A DNA stretch of 64,000 nt from Nannocystis bainbridge. Lineage in GTDB: Bacteria > Myxococcota_A > Polyangia > Nannocystales > Nannocystaceae. Under the pieces are notes generated by a model. It was not told the DNA's origin, ran no database searches, and saw nothing but the letters and a program-made list of their open reading frames with translations. The first letter of the stretch is position 1. Every line of letters starts with the position of its first letter. Below are positions 24,166-32,600 of this stretch, piece by piece. The position numbers and the translations under genes were made by a program. The stretch lies in assembly GCF_028368995.1 (NCBI RefSeq), contig NZ_JAQNDL010000002.1:960001-1024000 (forward strand), written 5' to 3'.

Positions 24166-24795
24166 TTGAACCTGTTCGTCGAGCCAGGTCACCCCGACGC
24201 CGGGGCGCCGCTGCTGCAGGTGCTCGCGCGGGCGCTGGCGGCGATGGGCGCGGAGGTGGTGATCGCGGCGGGCGACGACAACCTGATCCGGGCCCGCCGC
24301 GCCGACGACCCGGGCGACCGGCCGTTCGTGGTGGTCGCGTCCGGGCTGCCGAACCTGGTCCACGAGTTCGCCCACGCGGTCCAGGCCGGGCGCCTGGCCG
24401 ACGATCACGGGTTCGACTACGGGCTCATCCCGCTCGATCTGCGGGCGGCCGGGCAGCGGGCGCTGCTGTGGGAGGAGCTGGCCTGCGCGGTGCTTTCGTG
24501 TGCGTACGCGCCGGACGACGTCGACGCGTGGTTCAAGGAGCAGGTCGAGATTCAGGGGGTGTTCTACGGGGTCGCCGAGGGGGCCGAGTTCGCCGACCTG
24601 GTCGACGCCACGCGGGCGGCCCACCCGGACGAGCTGCCAGCGGCGGTCGAGGCGGCCTACCGGGCGGTGGCGCAAAATTTGCGCGAGGCGGGGGCCACGG
24701 ATGCAGAGGCCGAGCCCCCACAAGCTCTCACCTTCGAGGCCCTGTGGGCGCGGTATCGCCGGCATTTGCCTGCATCGCCGCTTGCTTCCAGCTGA
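24166..24795 (+). CDS. HExxH-motif protein, possibly EpmC/YfcM-like
   Basis: LVHEFAHAVQAG...GFDYGLIPLDLR...WEE. TTG start after GAGG. Confidence 0.55.
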   Translation: MNLFVEPGHPDAGAPLLQVLARALAAMGAEVVIAAGDDNLIRARRADDPGDRPFVVVASGLPNLVHEFAHAVQAGRLADDHGFDYGLIPLDLRAAGQRALLWEELACAVLSCAYAPDDVDAWFKEQVEIQGVFYGVAEGAEFADLVDATRAAHPDELPAAVEAAYRAVAQNLREAGATDAEAEPPQALTFEALWARYRRHLPASPLASS

Positions 24796-24831
24796 AACCG
24801 CGGGGACCCTGGTCGGGTCGTACGAGGGTCG

Positions 24832-25320
24832 ATGCTGCGCACCTTCTTGTCATCTCTGGATTATGGCGGGTTTGGCCTGCACATCGATGATCTGGTCGAA
24901 GGCGCCGCGATGGCGACCCGCGGCTGCTTTACCCGCATCGGCTCGTTCTGGTGGGGCGGCCCGAGCGGGCCGAGCGGCGGCGCGGATGTCTGCGCCTCGT
25001 CGGTGATCGTCGACGTCGCGTTCCTCGCGCTGCTGGTGATCGCGGTGATCGCGGTGGTGAGGATCCGCCAGCGCAGCGAGGAAGGCCGATTCGAGCTGGC
25101 GCGACGCTACCTCGAAAAGGGCATGGATCCGCCGCAGGATCTGTTCCCGTCGTCGGCCCAGGGCGACCTGCGACGCGGGATCGTGCTGGTGTTCGCGGGC
25201 CTCGGCCTGCTCGGTGCTTCGGTCAGCATGCCCGGCCTCGGCCCCACGGGCCTCATCCCCGGCTTTATCGGTCTCGGCTATCTCGCGTCGTTCGCCGCGT
25301 CGCGCAAGAGGAACTCATGA
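24832..25320 (+). CDS. Small membrane protein preceding ECF sigma factor (DUF6249-like)
   Basis: TM, then LEKGMDPP, DLRRGIVLVFAGLG and GLIPGFIGLGYL. ATGA overlap with the sigma gene. Confidence 0.65.
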   Translation: MLRTFLSSLDYGGFGLHIDDLVEGAAMATRGCFTRIGSFWWGGPSGPSGGADVCASSVIVDVAFLALLVIAVIAVVRIRQRSEEGRFELARRYLEKGMDPPQDLFPSSAQGDLRRGIVLVFAGLGLLGASVSMPGLGPTGLIPGFIGLGYLASFAASRKRNS

Positions 25321-25949
25321 GCAAGGTGTCCACAGCAGCGCTCTCCTGGCTCGGGTTCGGGCTTCGTAAGACCCAAAATCTGGCCGATCTCGGTGACGAG
25401 GCGCTGGTCCAGGCCGCAGGCCGGGCCGACGGTGAAAAGGCGTTCGGCGAGCTGCTGCGGCGGCACCAGGGCAAGGTCCGCGGGCTGCTCCTGCGCCTGA
25501 CCAGCGACCGCAACCTCGCCGACGACCTCGCGCAGGAGGTGTTCCTCCGCGCCTATCGCGGTCTGTGTGGCTTCGAGGGCCGGGCCCGGTTTTCGACCTG
25601 GCTGTACCGGATCGCCTACAACGTCTATCTCAACCACCGCGCCCGCGTGCGCGAGCTGGCGGCGCTGCCGGAGAACTTCGAGGCGGGCGCGATGGCCCCC
25701 GAGACTTCGACGAGCGCCAACCGCTGCGACATGCGCAAGGACCTCGACGCGGCCATCGGCGCGCTGCCCGAGCGCTACCGGGCGGTCGTGATGCTGTACT
25801 ACCTCGAGGACGTCTCGTACCCCGAGATCGCGGAGATCCTCGAGCTGCCTCTCGGGACAGTCAAGACGCACCTCCACCGCGCCAAGCGGATGCTGCGCGA
25901 GCACCTCGATGGATGGGGGTCGGGCGAAGTCGAGGCCGAGGATGCCTGA
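25317..25949 (+). CDS. ECF-type RNA polymerase sigma factor
   Basis: ADDLAQEVFLRAYR, FSTWLYRIAYN, SYPEIAEILELPLGTVKTHLHRAK. Confidence 0.95.
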   Translation: MSKVSTAALSWLGFGLRKTQNLADLGDEALVQAAGRADGEKAFGELLRRHQGKVRGLLLRLTSDRNLADDLAQEVFLRAYRGLCGFEGRARFSTWLYRIAYNVYLNHRARVRELAALPENFEAGAMAPETSTSANRCDMRKDLDAAIGALPERYRAVVMLYYLEDVSYPEIAEILELPLGTVKTHLHRAKRMLREHLDGWGSGEVEAEDA

Positions 25950-26472
25950 GCCGTCGCCATCGGTCCTGCGGCTGCGTGCGTTCCTCGAGATGCTCGACGT
26001 CCCGTCGAGCACGCTCAAGCGCGACCCTCGCGGCCGGACATGGTTGGCGCCCGAGCTGCGCGCGCTGGTCGAGGCCGACGCCGAGTGCCACACCGAGCTC
26101 GTCCGCTTCGTCGACCGCGAGATCGAGCTGTTCGACAGCGTGCGCCAGCGCAACGATCCGCTGTTCGCCAAGGACGTGCTCAACGCCACGCATGCGGTCG
26201 AGATCGCCGGCTCGGGGCTCGATCCGCGGATTCGCAGCTGGATCCTCGGGCTGTTCTACGCGCTGGCGACGATCGCCGCGTATGCCACGCTCGCGCCGCT
26301 GTTCGGGCTGTCGGAGCGGGGCGGCGTGCTCGCGCAGGCCCGGGCCGCGTTGGGTCTGGCGAGCGAGGCGACGAGCCCGAGCGCGTGGGGCATGGCTGCG
26401 GTCGGGGCCGCTGTGGCGCTGGCGCTGCTGCTCGCGTTCATGCCGGGCCGGCGTCCGAGCTCGCGCGCCTGA
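25942..26472 (+). CDS. Putative membrane anti-sigma factor
   Basis: Overlaps the sigma stop codon. Soluble N-terminus plus two TM segments. Confidence 0.55.
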   Translation: MPEPSPSVLRLRAFLEMLDVPSSTLKRDPRGRTWLAPELRALVEADAECHTELVRFVDREIELFDSVRQRNDPLFAKDVLNATHAVEIAGSGLDPRIRSWILGLFYALATIAAYATLAPLFGLSERGGVLAQARAALGLASEATSPSAWGMAAVGAAVALALLLAFMPGRRPSSRA

Positions 26473-26678
26473 GTGTGCTTGCGATCACTCGCAGGCCGAA
26501 GTCGAGGCCGCGTGCAAGGCTTCAAAGTGTGAGTTGGCGGACGGCCGAACGGCCTCTGCCGAGCTCTGCAATTCGCTCGCAAACACCCATTGGCGGGCCA
26601 CCCGCAGCGGATTTCGCCCCGGCCGCGAGACGGTGCATAGTTGAGGCACAGGCCCGTCCAAGCGCGCCAGGAGACAAC

Positions 26679-27518
26679 ATGCCCGTTTCACGCAGACTCG
26701 CTTCCACCGCCCTCGCTGTCGCTTGCTGTGCCGCCGTCGCCGCGGTGACGCCGACGGCCCGGGCGGCTGATGGCACCGTCAACGTGCTGGTGATCAAGGA
26801 GCACGGAGTGGGCAGCGCGGCGCAGGCTCAACCCTTGATCGACAAGCTCATCGCCGTGGTGGCGAAGCAGAACGGCTGGGCCGCGAGCGCGGGCAAGTAC
26901 CTCACGAGCCGCGAAGCCGCCGAGACGCAGATCCACTCGGTCGACCCGCACTACGGGATCATGTCGCTGGCCGCGTTCCTGGCCCTCGGTCCCAAGCACA
27001 AGCTCGACATCATCGGCCAGGCCGAGGTGGCGCAGGCCGGCGGGCGGCAGTACCACATCATCAGCAAGACCCAGGCGGACCTCGCCGGTTGCAAGGGCAA
27101 GACGCTGGCGAGCGACCACGCCGACGACCGCAAGTTCATCGACAAGGTGATCGGCGCCGGCAAGTTCACGCTCGGCGACTTCACGCTGGTCGAGACCAAG
27201 CGGCCGGTGCAGACGCTCAAGAAGGTGACGAGCGGCGAGGCCGAGTGCGCCCTCGTCGACGACGCGCAGCTGGCCGAGCTCGCCAAGATCGAGGGCGGCG
27301 CGGCGGTGAAGTCGATCTGGGCGTCCGACAAGCTGCCGCCGATGGTGGTCGTCGCGTTCCCGTCGGCGCCCGCGGCGGAGCGCAAGACGTTCCAGAGCAG
27401 CCTCGGGAAGATCTGCGCCGGCGACGGCAAGGCGACCTGCCGCGAAGCGGGTCTGTCGGCGTTCAAGAGCGCGAGCGCGGCTGACTACGCCAGCGTGACC
27501 ACGGCCTACGACAAGTGA
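26679..27518 (+). CDS. PhnD/SsuA-type periplasmic substrate-binding protein
   Basis: AGGAG RBS, signal peptide ending ARA, LAGCKGKTLA, VTSGEAECALVD, IWASDKLPPMVVV. Confidence 0.65.
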   Translation: MPVSRRLASTALAVACCAAVAAVTPTARAADGTVNVLVIKEHGVGSAAQAQPLIDKLIAVVAKQNGWAASAGKYLTSREAAETQIHSVDPHYGIMSLAAFLALGPKHKLDIIGQAEVAQAGGRQYHIISKTQADLAGCKGKTLASDHADDRKFIDKVIGAGKFTLGDFTLVETKRPVQTLKKVTSGEAECALVDDAQLAELAKIEGGAAVKSIWASDKLPPMVVVAFPSAPAAERKTFQSSLGKICAGDGKATCREAGLSAFKSASAADYASVTTAYDK

Positions 27519-27552
27519 CCGCGTGGCGAGCGCCGTGGTATTCCTGCCGGCG

Positions 27553-28224
27553 ATGCGCAGCTCGCTCCTCGCCGTCATCCTCGTCGCGCTCGCCGGTTGT
27601 CGCCCGCACGGCAACGTCCAGAACCCCAAGTTCACCGCGGCCGCCGAGGCGCACGACCCGATCGCCGTGTACGAGGCGCTCGAGGCCCAGATCGACGCCC
27701 AGACCGACAGCAAGACCGACCGCGAGGACGCGTACGCGCTGATCACGTCCTGGGAAGAGGACACGGCCGCCTATGCGTTCGCCCGCGCCGCGATCGCCGG
27801 TCGGCTGGCTGAAAATCGCGGGCTGCAAGCGGGCGGCCTGGTGACCGAGGCCGAGGCGTACGCCCGCAAGGCCCGCGAGAAGGAGCCCGATTTCCGCGAG
27901 GGCGCGGCGACGCATCTGCTCGGGTCGTTGTACGTGGCGGCGCCGTCGCGGCTGCTGAAGCACGGCGACTCGGAGACGGGGATCGAGCTGCTCGAGAAGG
28001 AGGTCGAGGCCCACCCCGAGCGGCCGATCGGTCAGCTGCGCCTGGCGAGCGGCTACATCACGCTCGGCGACGCGGACTCGGCGAAGGAGCCGCTGTGCGC
28101 GGCCAAGGGGATGGAAGATCGCCTCGGCGCGGGCGACCGCCGCCTGCTGGCCAAGCTGATCGAGGAGGCCGACGGCGCGGCGGCGCTGGCCTGCCCGGCG
28201 CCGGTCGGCGGGGCCGCGGAATGA
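27553..28224 (+). CDS. TPR-like lipoprotein (TatT-like)
   Basis: Lipobox LAGC, helical repeats, LGSLYVAAP...GD motif. Confidence 0.6.
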   Translation: MRSSLLAVILVALAGCRPHGNVQNPKFTAAAEAHDPIAVYEALEAQIDAQTDSKTDREDAYALITSWEEDTAAYAFARAAIAGRLAENRGLQAGGLVTEAEAYARKAREKEPDFREGAATHLLGSLYVAAPSRLLKHGDSETGIELLEKEVEAHPERPIGQLRLASGYITLGDADSAKEPLCAAKGMEDRLGAGDRRLLAKLIEEADGAAALACPAPVGGAAE

Positions 28225-31200
28225 CGACCGCCGCCGGCGGAGACGGCCCGCCGGAGCGGCAGGGCCGGCGATCGATGCGCGGCGAAGGGGAGTTGCGAGG
28301 CTCCGAGAAGTTCGACCGACGCACGACGAGCGGTAGTTCGCAACGGTCCGACCTTCGTTGCCCGGGAACGACGAGCGGTGAGTTGCAAAGGTTTGATCTG
28401 ACAGGGCCGGGAACGACGGGCGGCGAGTCGCGAAGGTCCGACCTGAAGGGCCCGGGAGCGACGAGCGGTGGGTCGCAAAGATCCGGCTCTCGGGGCCCGG
28501 GAACGACGAGCGGTGAGCTTCAAAGGTCCGCCCTGAAGGACCCGAAGACGACGAGGGGCGAGGCGCGCCGGTCCTTTCGGACATGTCGGAACGTTCTGGT
28601 AGCTTGGGCCATGTTCTTCGGGACAGGTTCAGTCGCGTGTCACTCGCGTCTGCCGCGGCTGTCCGAGCAGGGCCGCCACGCGGAGGTGGTGGAGCGCGCC
28701 GGGCAGGCGCGGATCCTGCCGCGCGGCAAGTCGGCGCGAGCGTGGGCTCGCTCGCTGGTGGCGCTCGGGCGCCCGGAGGAGGCGCGGGCGGTGCTGCTCC
28801 GCGATTTCCGCAAGCACGCGGAGCTGCCGTCGCTGGTGGCGCTCGCCGATCTCGAGGCTGCCGAGGGCCTGGCTGGCCTGGCGGCGGCTCACTACGCCCG
28901 CGCGGCCAGCCTCGAGACCGATCCGCTGGCGGGGCGGAGCGACGTGTGCGGGCTGTTTCGCCGCCGCGCGGCCCGGTTCCTGGCCGAGGGCGAGGCGCTG
29001 GCGGCCGATCTCGACCTCCGGCGCGTGGCGATGATCTGTCCCAAGGGCAAGACGAGCGCCGACGAGGTGCAGTGGCGAGCCGACCGCGCGCTGCACGAGG
29101 AGGTGGCGGCGGCGGCGAAGAGCCAGGCGCGCGCCCAGCGGACGCTGGTCGGCTGCGAAGGCGAGCGCTGCCGGCCGCCCTCGCTCGACTCGCGCACGCA
29201 GGCGCTGGCCCAGGCGCTCGCGCAGGCGCGGACGGCCGGGCCGGCGGCGCTGCGCGAGGCGGCGGTTCGGCTGGCGGTCCAGCTCGATCCGGGCGACGTG
29301 GCCGAGCTGCTGGCGGCGGAGCTGCGCGGGGAGCTCGGGCTGGATCTGGTCGACCTCGACGAGCTGCGCGGGTGGATCGGCGAGTCGGCGGCGGCGGACG
29401 TGGTCGCGGCCGCCGACGCGCGGGTGTCCCCGCTGGGGCGCGACTACGTGCGCCTGCGGCTGGCGCAGCTCGGGCCCGGCTACGAGCTGCCGGGCGACGA
29501 CGCGGCGCGCTCGACGGCGAGCACGGTGATCCGCCTGCTGGACGCGGCCGACGACGACCCTGGCGCGGCGGCGATGAGCTGGCGAGTGTTCGTGCTGCTC
29601 GGAGATCTGCCGAGCGCCGAGATGGCGCTGACAGGCAGCCTGGGGGCGCGCGCGGGGGCCGGACGCGCGGCGGCGGTGGCCGACGACCTGGCGCGCGAGA
29701 CGGCCGGGGAGCCGCGCGCGAAGCCGGTCGACGATGCGAGTCTGTCCAAGGGGACAGGTCGCAGAGCGAAGGGCAAGGGCGCCGCTGCGACGGGTGCTGG
29801 CGGTGCGATCCTGTCCGGAGGGACAGGTGGCACGTCGGGCAACAACGCTGGAGTGGCAGGGGCGAGCGTGTCCAAAGGGACAGGCCCCGGACCGGCAGGC
29901 GCTGGCGATGCGGGTCTGTCCGGAGGGACAGGTCGTGGGGCGAACGACAAGGGCGTCGCTACGAATTCCGGCCTGTCTGGAGGGACAGGTGATGCCAGGG
30001 GCCAGGCAGGCAGCGATCGTTCGGTCGGCGCTGCGAGTCCGGCGAGCGCCGCGAAGGCGCCCGGGCTGGCGCCGAGATCCGGCGAACCCGAGCGCACGTC
30101 GTCTGGCGCTTCGGACATGTCTTCCGGACCAGGTACCAGCGGCCCGGCGCAGCGGCTGGTCCCGCCGCCGGCGTTGTGGTCGGCGCGGGCCGCCGTCGAC
30201 GCCTCGACGCTGCCGCGGCTGTTGCAGCTGGCGCGCCTGCGCGGGGCCGCGGGGCGGCGCGACCAGGCGGTGGCGATCGCGGCCTGGGGGCTGGCCGAGG
30301 GCCAGGCGCGCGGGATCCCGGCGATCGCCGAGCTGGCGGCGGCCGAGGCCCGGCACGAGCTGGCGGCGGGTCGACCGTGGGCGGCGCTCGCCCTCGCGGC
30401 GGTGGTCCGCGGCGGTCCGACCGACGACGTCGTGCGCGCTGCTGGTTCGGCGCTCGTACTCGAGCAGGCCGCCTGCGGCGATCGCTGCGACCAGGCCGAC
30501 GACCGCGCCGCGGTGTTGCAGCTGTTCGGAGAGACATGGCTCTTGGAGCAGGAGCGGCGGGCGACCGAGTCAGCCCACGCGCGCGCGCCGGCGGGCCCGC
30601 GCGGGGCCGCGTGCCCGCTGCTGGCCGAGTCGCTGGCGCCGGGCGCGAGCGGACCGCTGGCAGACGCGCTGCGCCGCGCTCGCACCACGGGCCTCGGCGC
30701 GCCGGAGCTCGGCGAGAGGCTGCGCGGCGCGATCGAGGCCGACCTGACGCTCGACTGCGTCGGGCGGATCGCGGTGCCGCTGATGTACGCCGCCGACACG
30801 CGCGTGGCCGCGGAGGCGCTGGCCGACAACCTCGCTCACGTGCCGCAGGAGATCGCCGCCGGGCAACTCGCGCTGCAGTCGGAGCTGGCGCTGATGCTCG
30901 GTCGCCGCGACCACGCCGATCAGCTGGCCCAGGCGGCCGCGGCGGCGTCGGCCGATCCGCGGGCGGTGTGGCGGCGTGCGGCGTGGATGGCGGAGTGGAT
31001 CGACGCCCGTCACTACGAGCTGCTGGCCCTGCGTCAGCTGCTGCTGCACGGGGTCGACGGGAGCGAGGCCGACGAGGTGCGCCTGCGGCTGACGGTGCGA
31101 GCGGTGCGGGACGCCAACGACGCCTGGGCGCCGCGCAGCGCCGAGGCCGGGCGCGAGGCCCTGATCCGCGGGGTCGAGAGTTACCTGGCCGAGGTCCCGC

Positions 31201-32108
31201 CGGCGCGCCGGTGGCACGCCCGCGAGGCGCTGGCGCTGGCGCTGGCCGAGTATGCGTGGACCGACGAGCAGGCGGCCGCGCTGGTGCGGGCCGCGGTGTG
31301 GCCCGACCTCTCGACGGTGCTCACGCACCCGGCCGGGTTCCGCCGGCTCGAGCGGGCGTTCGGCGGTGATGTCCCCGGCGTCACCGCGCCCGAGCTGGCA
31401 CCGGCGCAGCTGGCAGCAGGGCTGGCCCCGGTGACGCCGCTGGGCGACCCGCGCGTGGTCGGCCGGCAGGCTGCGGCGAAGGGGGCTGGTTCGGCGCGGG
31501 CTGGCGGGAAGGACATGGCCTCGGGGGCAGGTTCGGCGGCGACCGCAGACGGCACGGCGTCGGGGGCCGGTGTCGCGCCGACAGGTGGAGAGGACACGGC
31601 GCCCGGCACGGACGCCCAGAAGCCTGGCGCGAAGGACATGTCGCCCGGGGCAGGTTCCCAGAGACCTGGCGCGCAGGACATGGCGAAAAGGGCAGGTCGA
31701 GAAGGACATGGCGGAGAGGACATGGCCTCTCGATCAGGTTCCGAAGGTCCTGGCGGATCCGCGCTGCCGGTCGAGGCGGAGGCGTTCTGCGCCGTCGATG
31801 CGCTGCAGCCGGCCCGGCTGGCGGCCCTGCGCGGGCTGAGCGGGGCGGCGCGGGTGCGGGCGGCGGCGGCGCTGGCGACCACGGGCGACGCGGCCGCGCG
31901 CAGGCAGGCGTTGCAGCAGCTGGTGGCCGGGCTCGATCCGGCCCGCCGCGCGGCCGTGCTCGACGCGGTCATCGTCGGTCTGGCCGCGGTCCCGGGCCGC
32001 GAGGCGGCACCGATGGTGACCGGCGACGACGCGCTGCTGGCGATCGTGTTCGGGCTGGTCCGAGACCCTGCCCGCCAGCCGCGCGAGCTCAAGGGGCAGG
32101 ACGGTTGA
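28221..32108 (+). CDS. Large Ala-rich helical (TPR-like) hypothetical protein with repeat insertions
   Basis: About 1300-aa ORF with ATGA coupling to the upstream gene, an internal lipobox-like GSVAC after the N-terminal repeats, and two Gly-rich inserted blocks. Confidence 0.65.
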   Translation: MTTAAGGDGPPERQGRRSMRGEGELRGSEKFDRRTTSGSSQRSDLRCPGTTSGELQRFDLTGPGTTGGESRRSDLKGPGATSGGSQRSGSRGPGTTSGELQRSALKDPKTTRGEARRSFRTCRNVLVAWAMFFGTGSVACHSRLPRLSEQGRHAEVVERAGQARILPRGKSARAWARSLVALGRPEEARAVLLRDFRKHAELPSLVALADLEAAEGLAGLAAAHYARAASLETDPLAGRSDVCGLFRRRAARFLAEGEALAADLDLRRVAMICPKGKTSADEVQWRADRALHEEVAAAAKSQARAQRTLVGCEGERCRPPSLDSRTQALAQALAQARTAGPAALREAAVRLAVQLDPGDVAELLAAELRGELGLDLVDLDELRGWIGESAAADVVAAADARVSPLGRDYVRLRLAQLGPGYELPGDDAARSTASTVIRLLDAADDDPGAAAMSWRVFVLLGDLPSAEMALTGSLGARAGAGRAAAVADDLARETAGEPRAKPVDDASLSKGTGRRAKGKGAAATGAGGAILSGGTGGTSGNNAGVAGASVSKGTGPGPAGAGDAGLSGGTGRGANDKGVATNSGLSGGTGDARGQAGSDRSVGAASPASAAKAPGLAPRSGEPERTSSGASDMSSGPGTSGPAQRLVPPPALWSARAAVDASTLPRLLQLARLRGAAGRRDQAVAIAAWGLAEGQARGIPAIAELAAAEARHELAAGRPWAALALAAVVRGGPTDDVVRAAGSALVLEQAACGDRCDQADDRAAVLQLFGETWLLEQERRATESAHARAPAGPRGAACPLLAESLAPGASGPLADALRRARTTGLGAPELGERLRGAIEADLTLDCVGRIAVPLMYAADTRVAAEALADNLAHVPQEIAAGQLALQSELALMLGRRDHADQLAQAAAAASADPRAVWRRAAWMAEWIDARHYELLALRQLLLHGVDGSEADEVRLRLTVRAVRDANDAWAPRSAEAGREALIRGVESYLAEVPPARRWHAREALALALAEYAWTDEQAAALVRAAVWPDLSTVLTHPAGFRRLERAFGGDVPGVTAPELAPAQLAAGLAPVTPLGDPRVVGRQAAAKGAGSARAGGKDMASGAGSAATADGTASGAGVAPTGGEDTAPGTDAQKPGAKDMSPGAGSQRPGAQDMAKRAGREGHGGEDMASRSGSEGPGGSALPVEAEAFCAVDALQPARLAALRGLSGAARVRAAAALATTGDAAARRQALQQLVAGLDPARRAAVLDAVIVGLAAVPGREAAPMVTGDDALLAIVFGLVRDPARQPRELKGQDG
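28323..28592 (+). repeat. 45-bp tandem repeat x6 (15-aa unit TTSGELQRSDLKGPG)
   Basis: Units start at 28323, 28368, 28413, 28458, 28503, 28548. Confidence 0.85.
31623..31752. repeat. 14-bp-phased palindromic array, 10 junctions, in-frame in CDS
   Basis: CCTG/CATG/CAGG at 31623, 31637, 31651, 31665, 31679, 31693, 31707, 31721, 31735, 31749. Confidence 0.9.
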
Positions 32109-32258
32109 CGCGCTCGCGCGTAGCCTTCGCAGCAGGAATCTCGGGCCATGGACTTTCGGCCGTCTGATAGACGAGGAGAGCAGAGCGGCGGCGCGTCGAG
32201 CGAGCGCGCGGGCACGACTGCGAGCGGACCCGCTGCGAGCGAGGCGCGTCGGCGGGGG

Positions 32259-32525
32259 CGTGGCGAGCCGAGCGCGGTGGGTTCACCGGTGTCACGCGGT
32301 GAGCCGAGCGCGGCGGGTTCTCAGGTGTCACGCGGCGAGCCGAGCGCGGCGGGTTCACAGGTGTCACGCGGCGAGCCGAGCGCGGCGGGTTCACAGAGGT
32401 CACGCGGCGAGCTGCGCGCGGCGGGTTCACCGGTGTCACGCGGGGATCTGCGCGCGGCGGGTTCCCCGGTGTCACACGGCGAGCCGAGCGCGGCGGGTTC
32501 ACAGGTGTCACGCGGCGAGCCGAGC
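32259..32525 (+). repeat. 36-bp tandem repeat x7.3
   Basis: Unit GGCGAGCCGAGCGCGGCGGGTTCACAGGTGTCACGC, contiguous with no spacers. Confidence 0.92.
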
Positions 32526-32600
32526 TTGCCGCGCTCCCCGGGGCAGTCAGGCCAGCCGCGCGAGGTCGGGGTCCGGCGGCGAGAGGGCTGGTTTAATCAC

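Noticed and set aside
32259-32525. 36-bp repeats as a CRISPR array
   Set aside because: Units are contiguous with no unique spacers, and there are no cas genes in the window.
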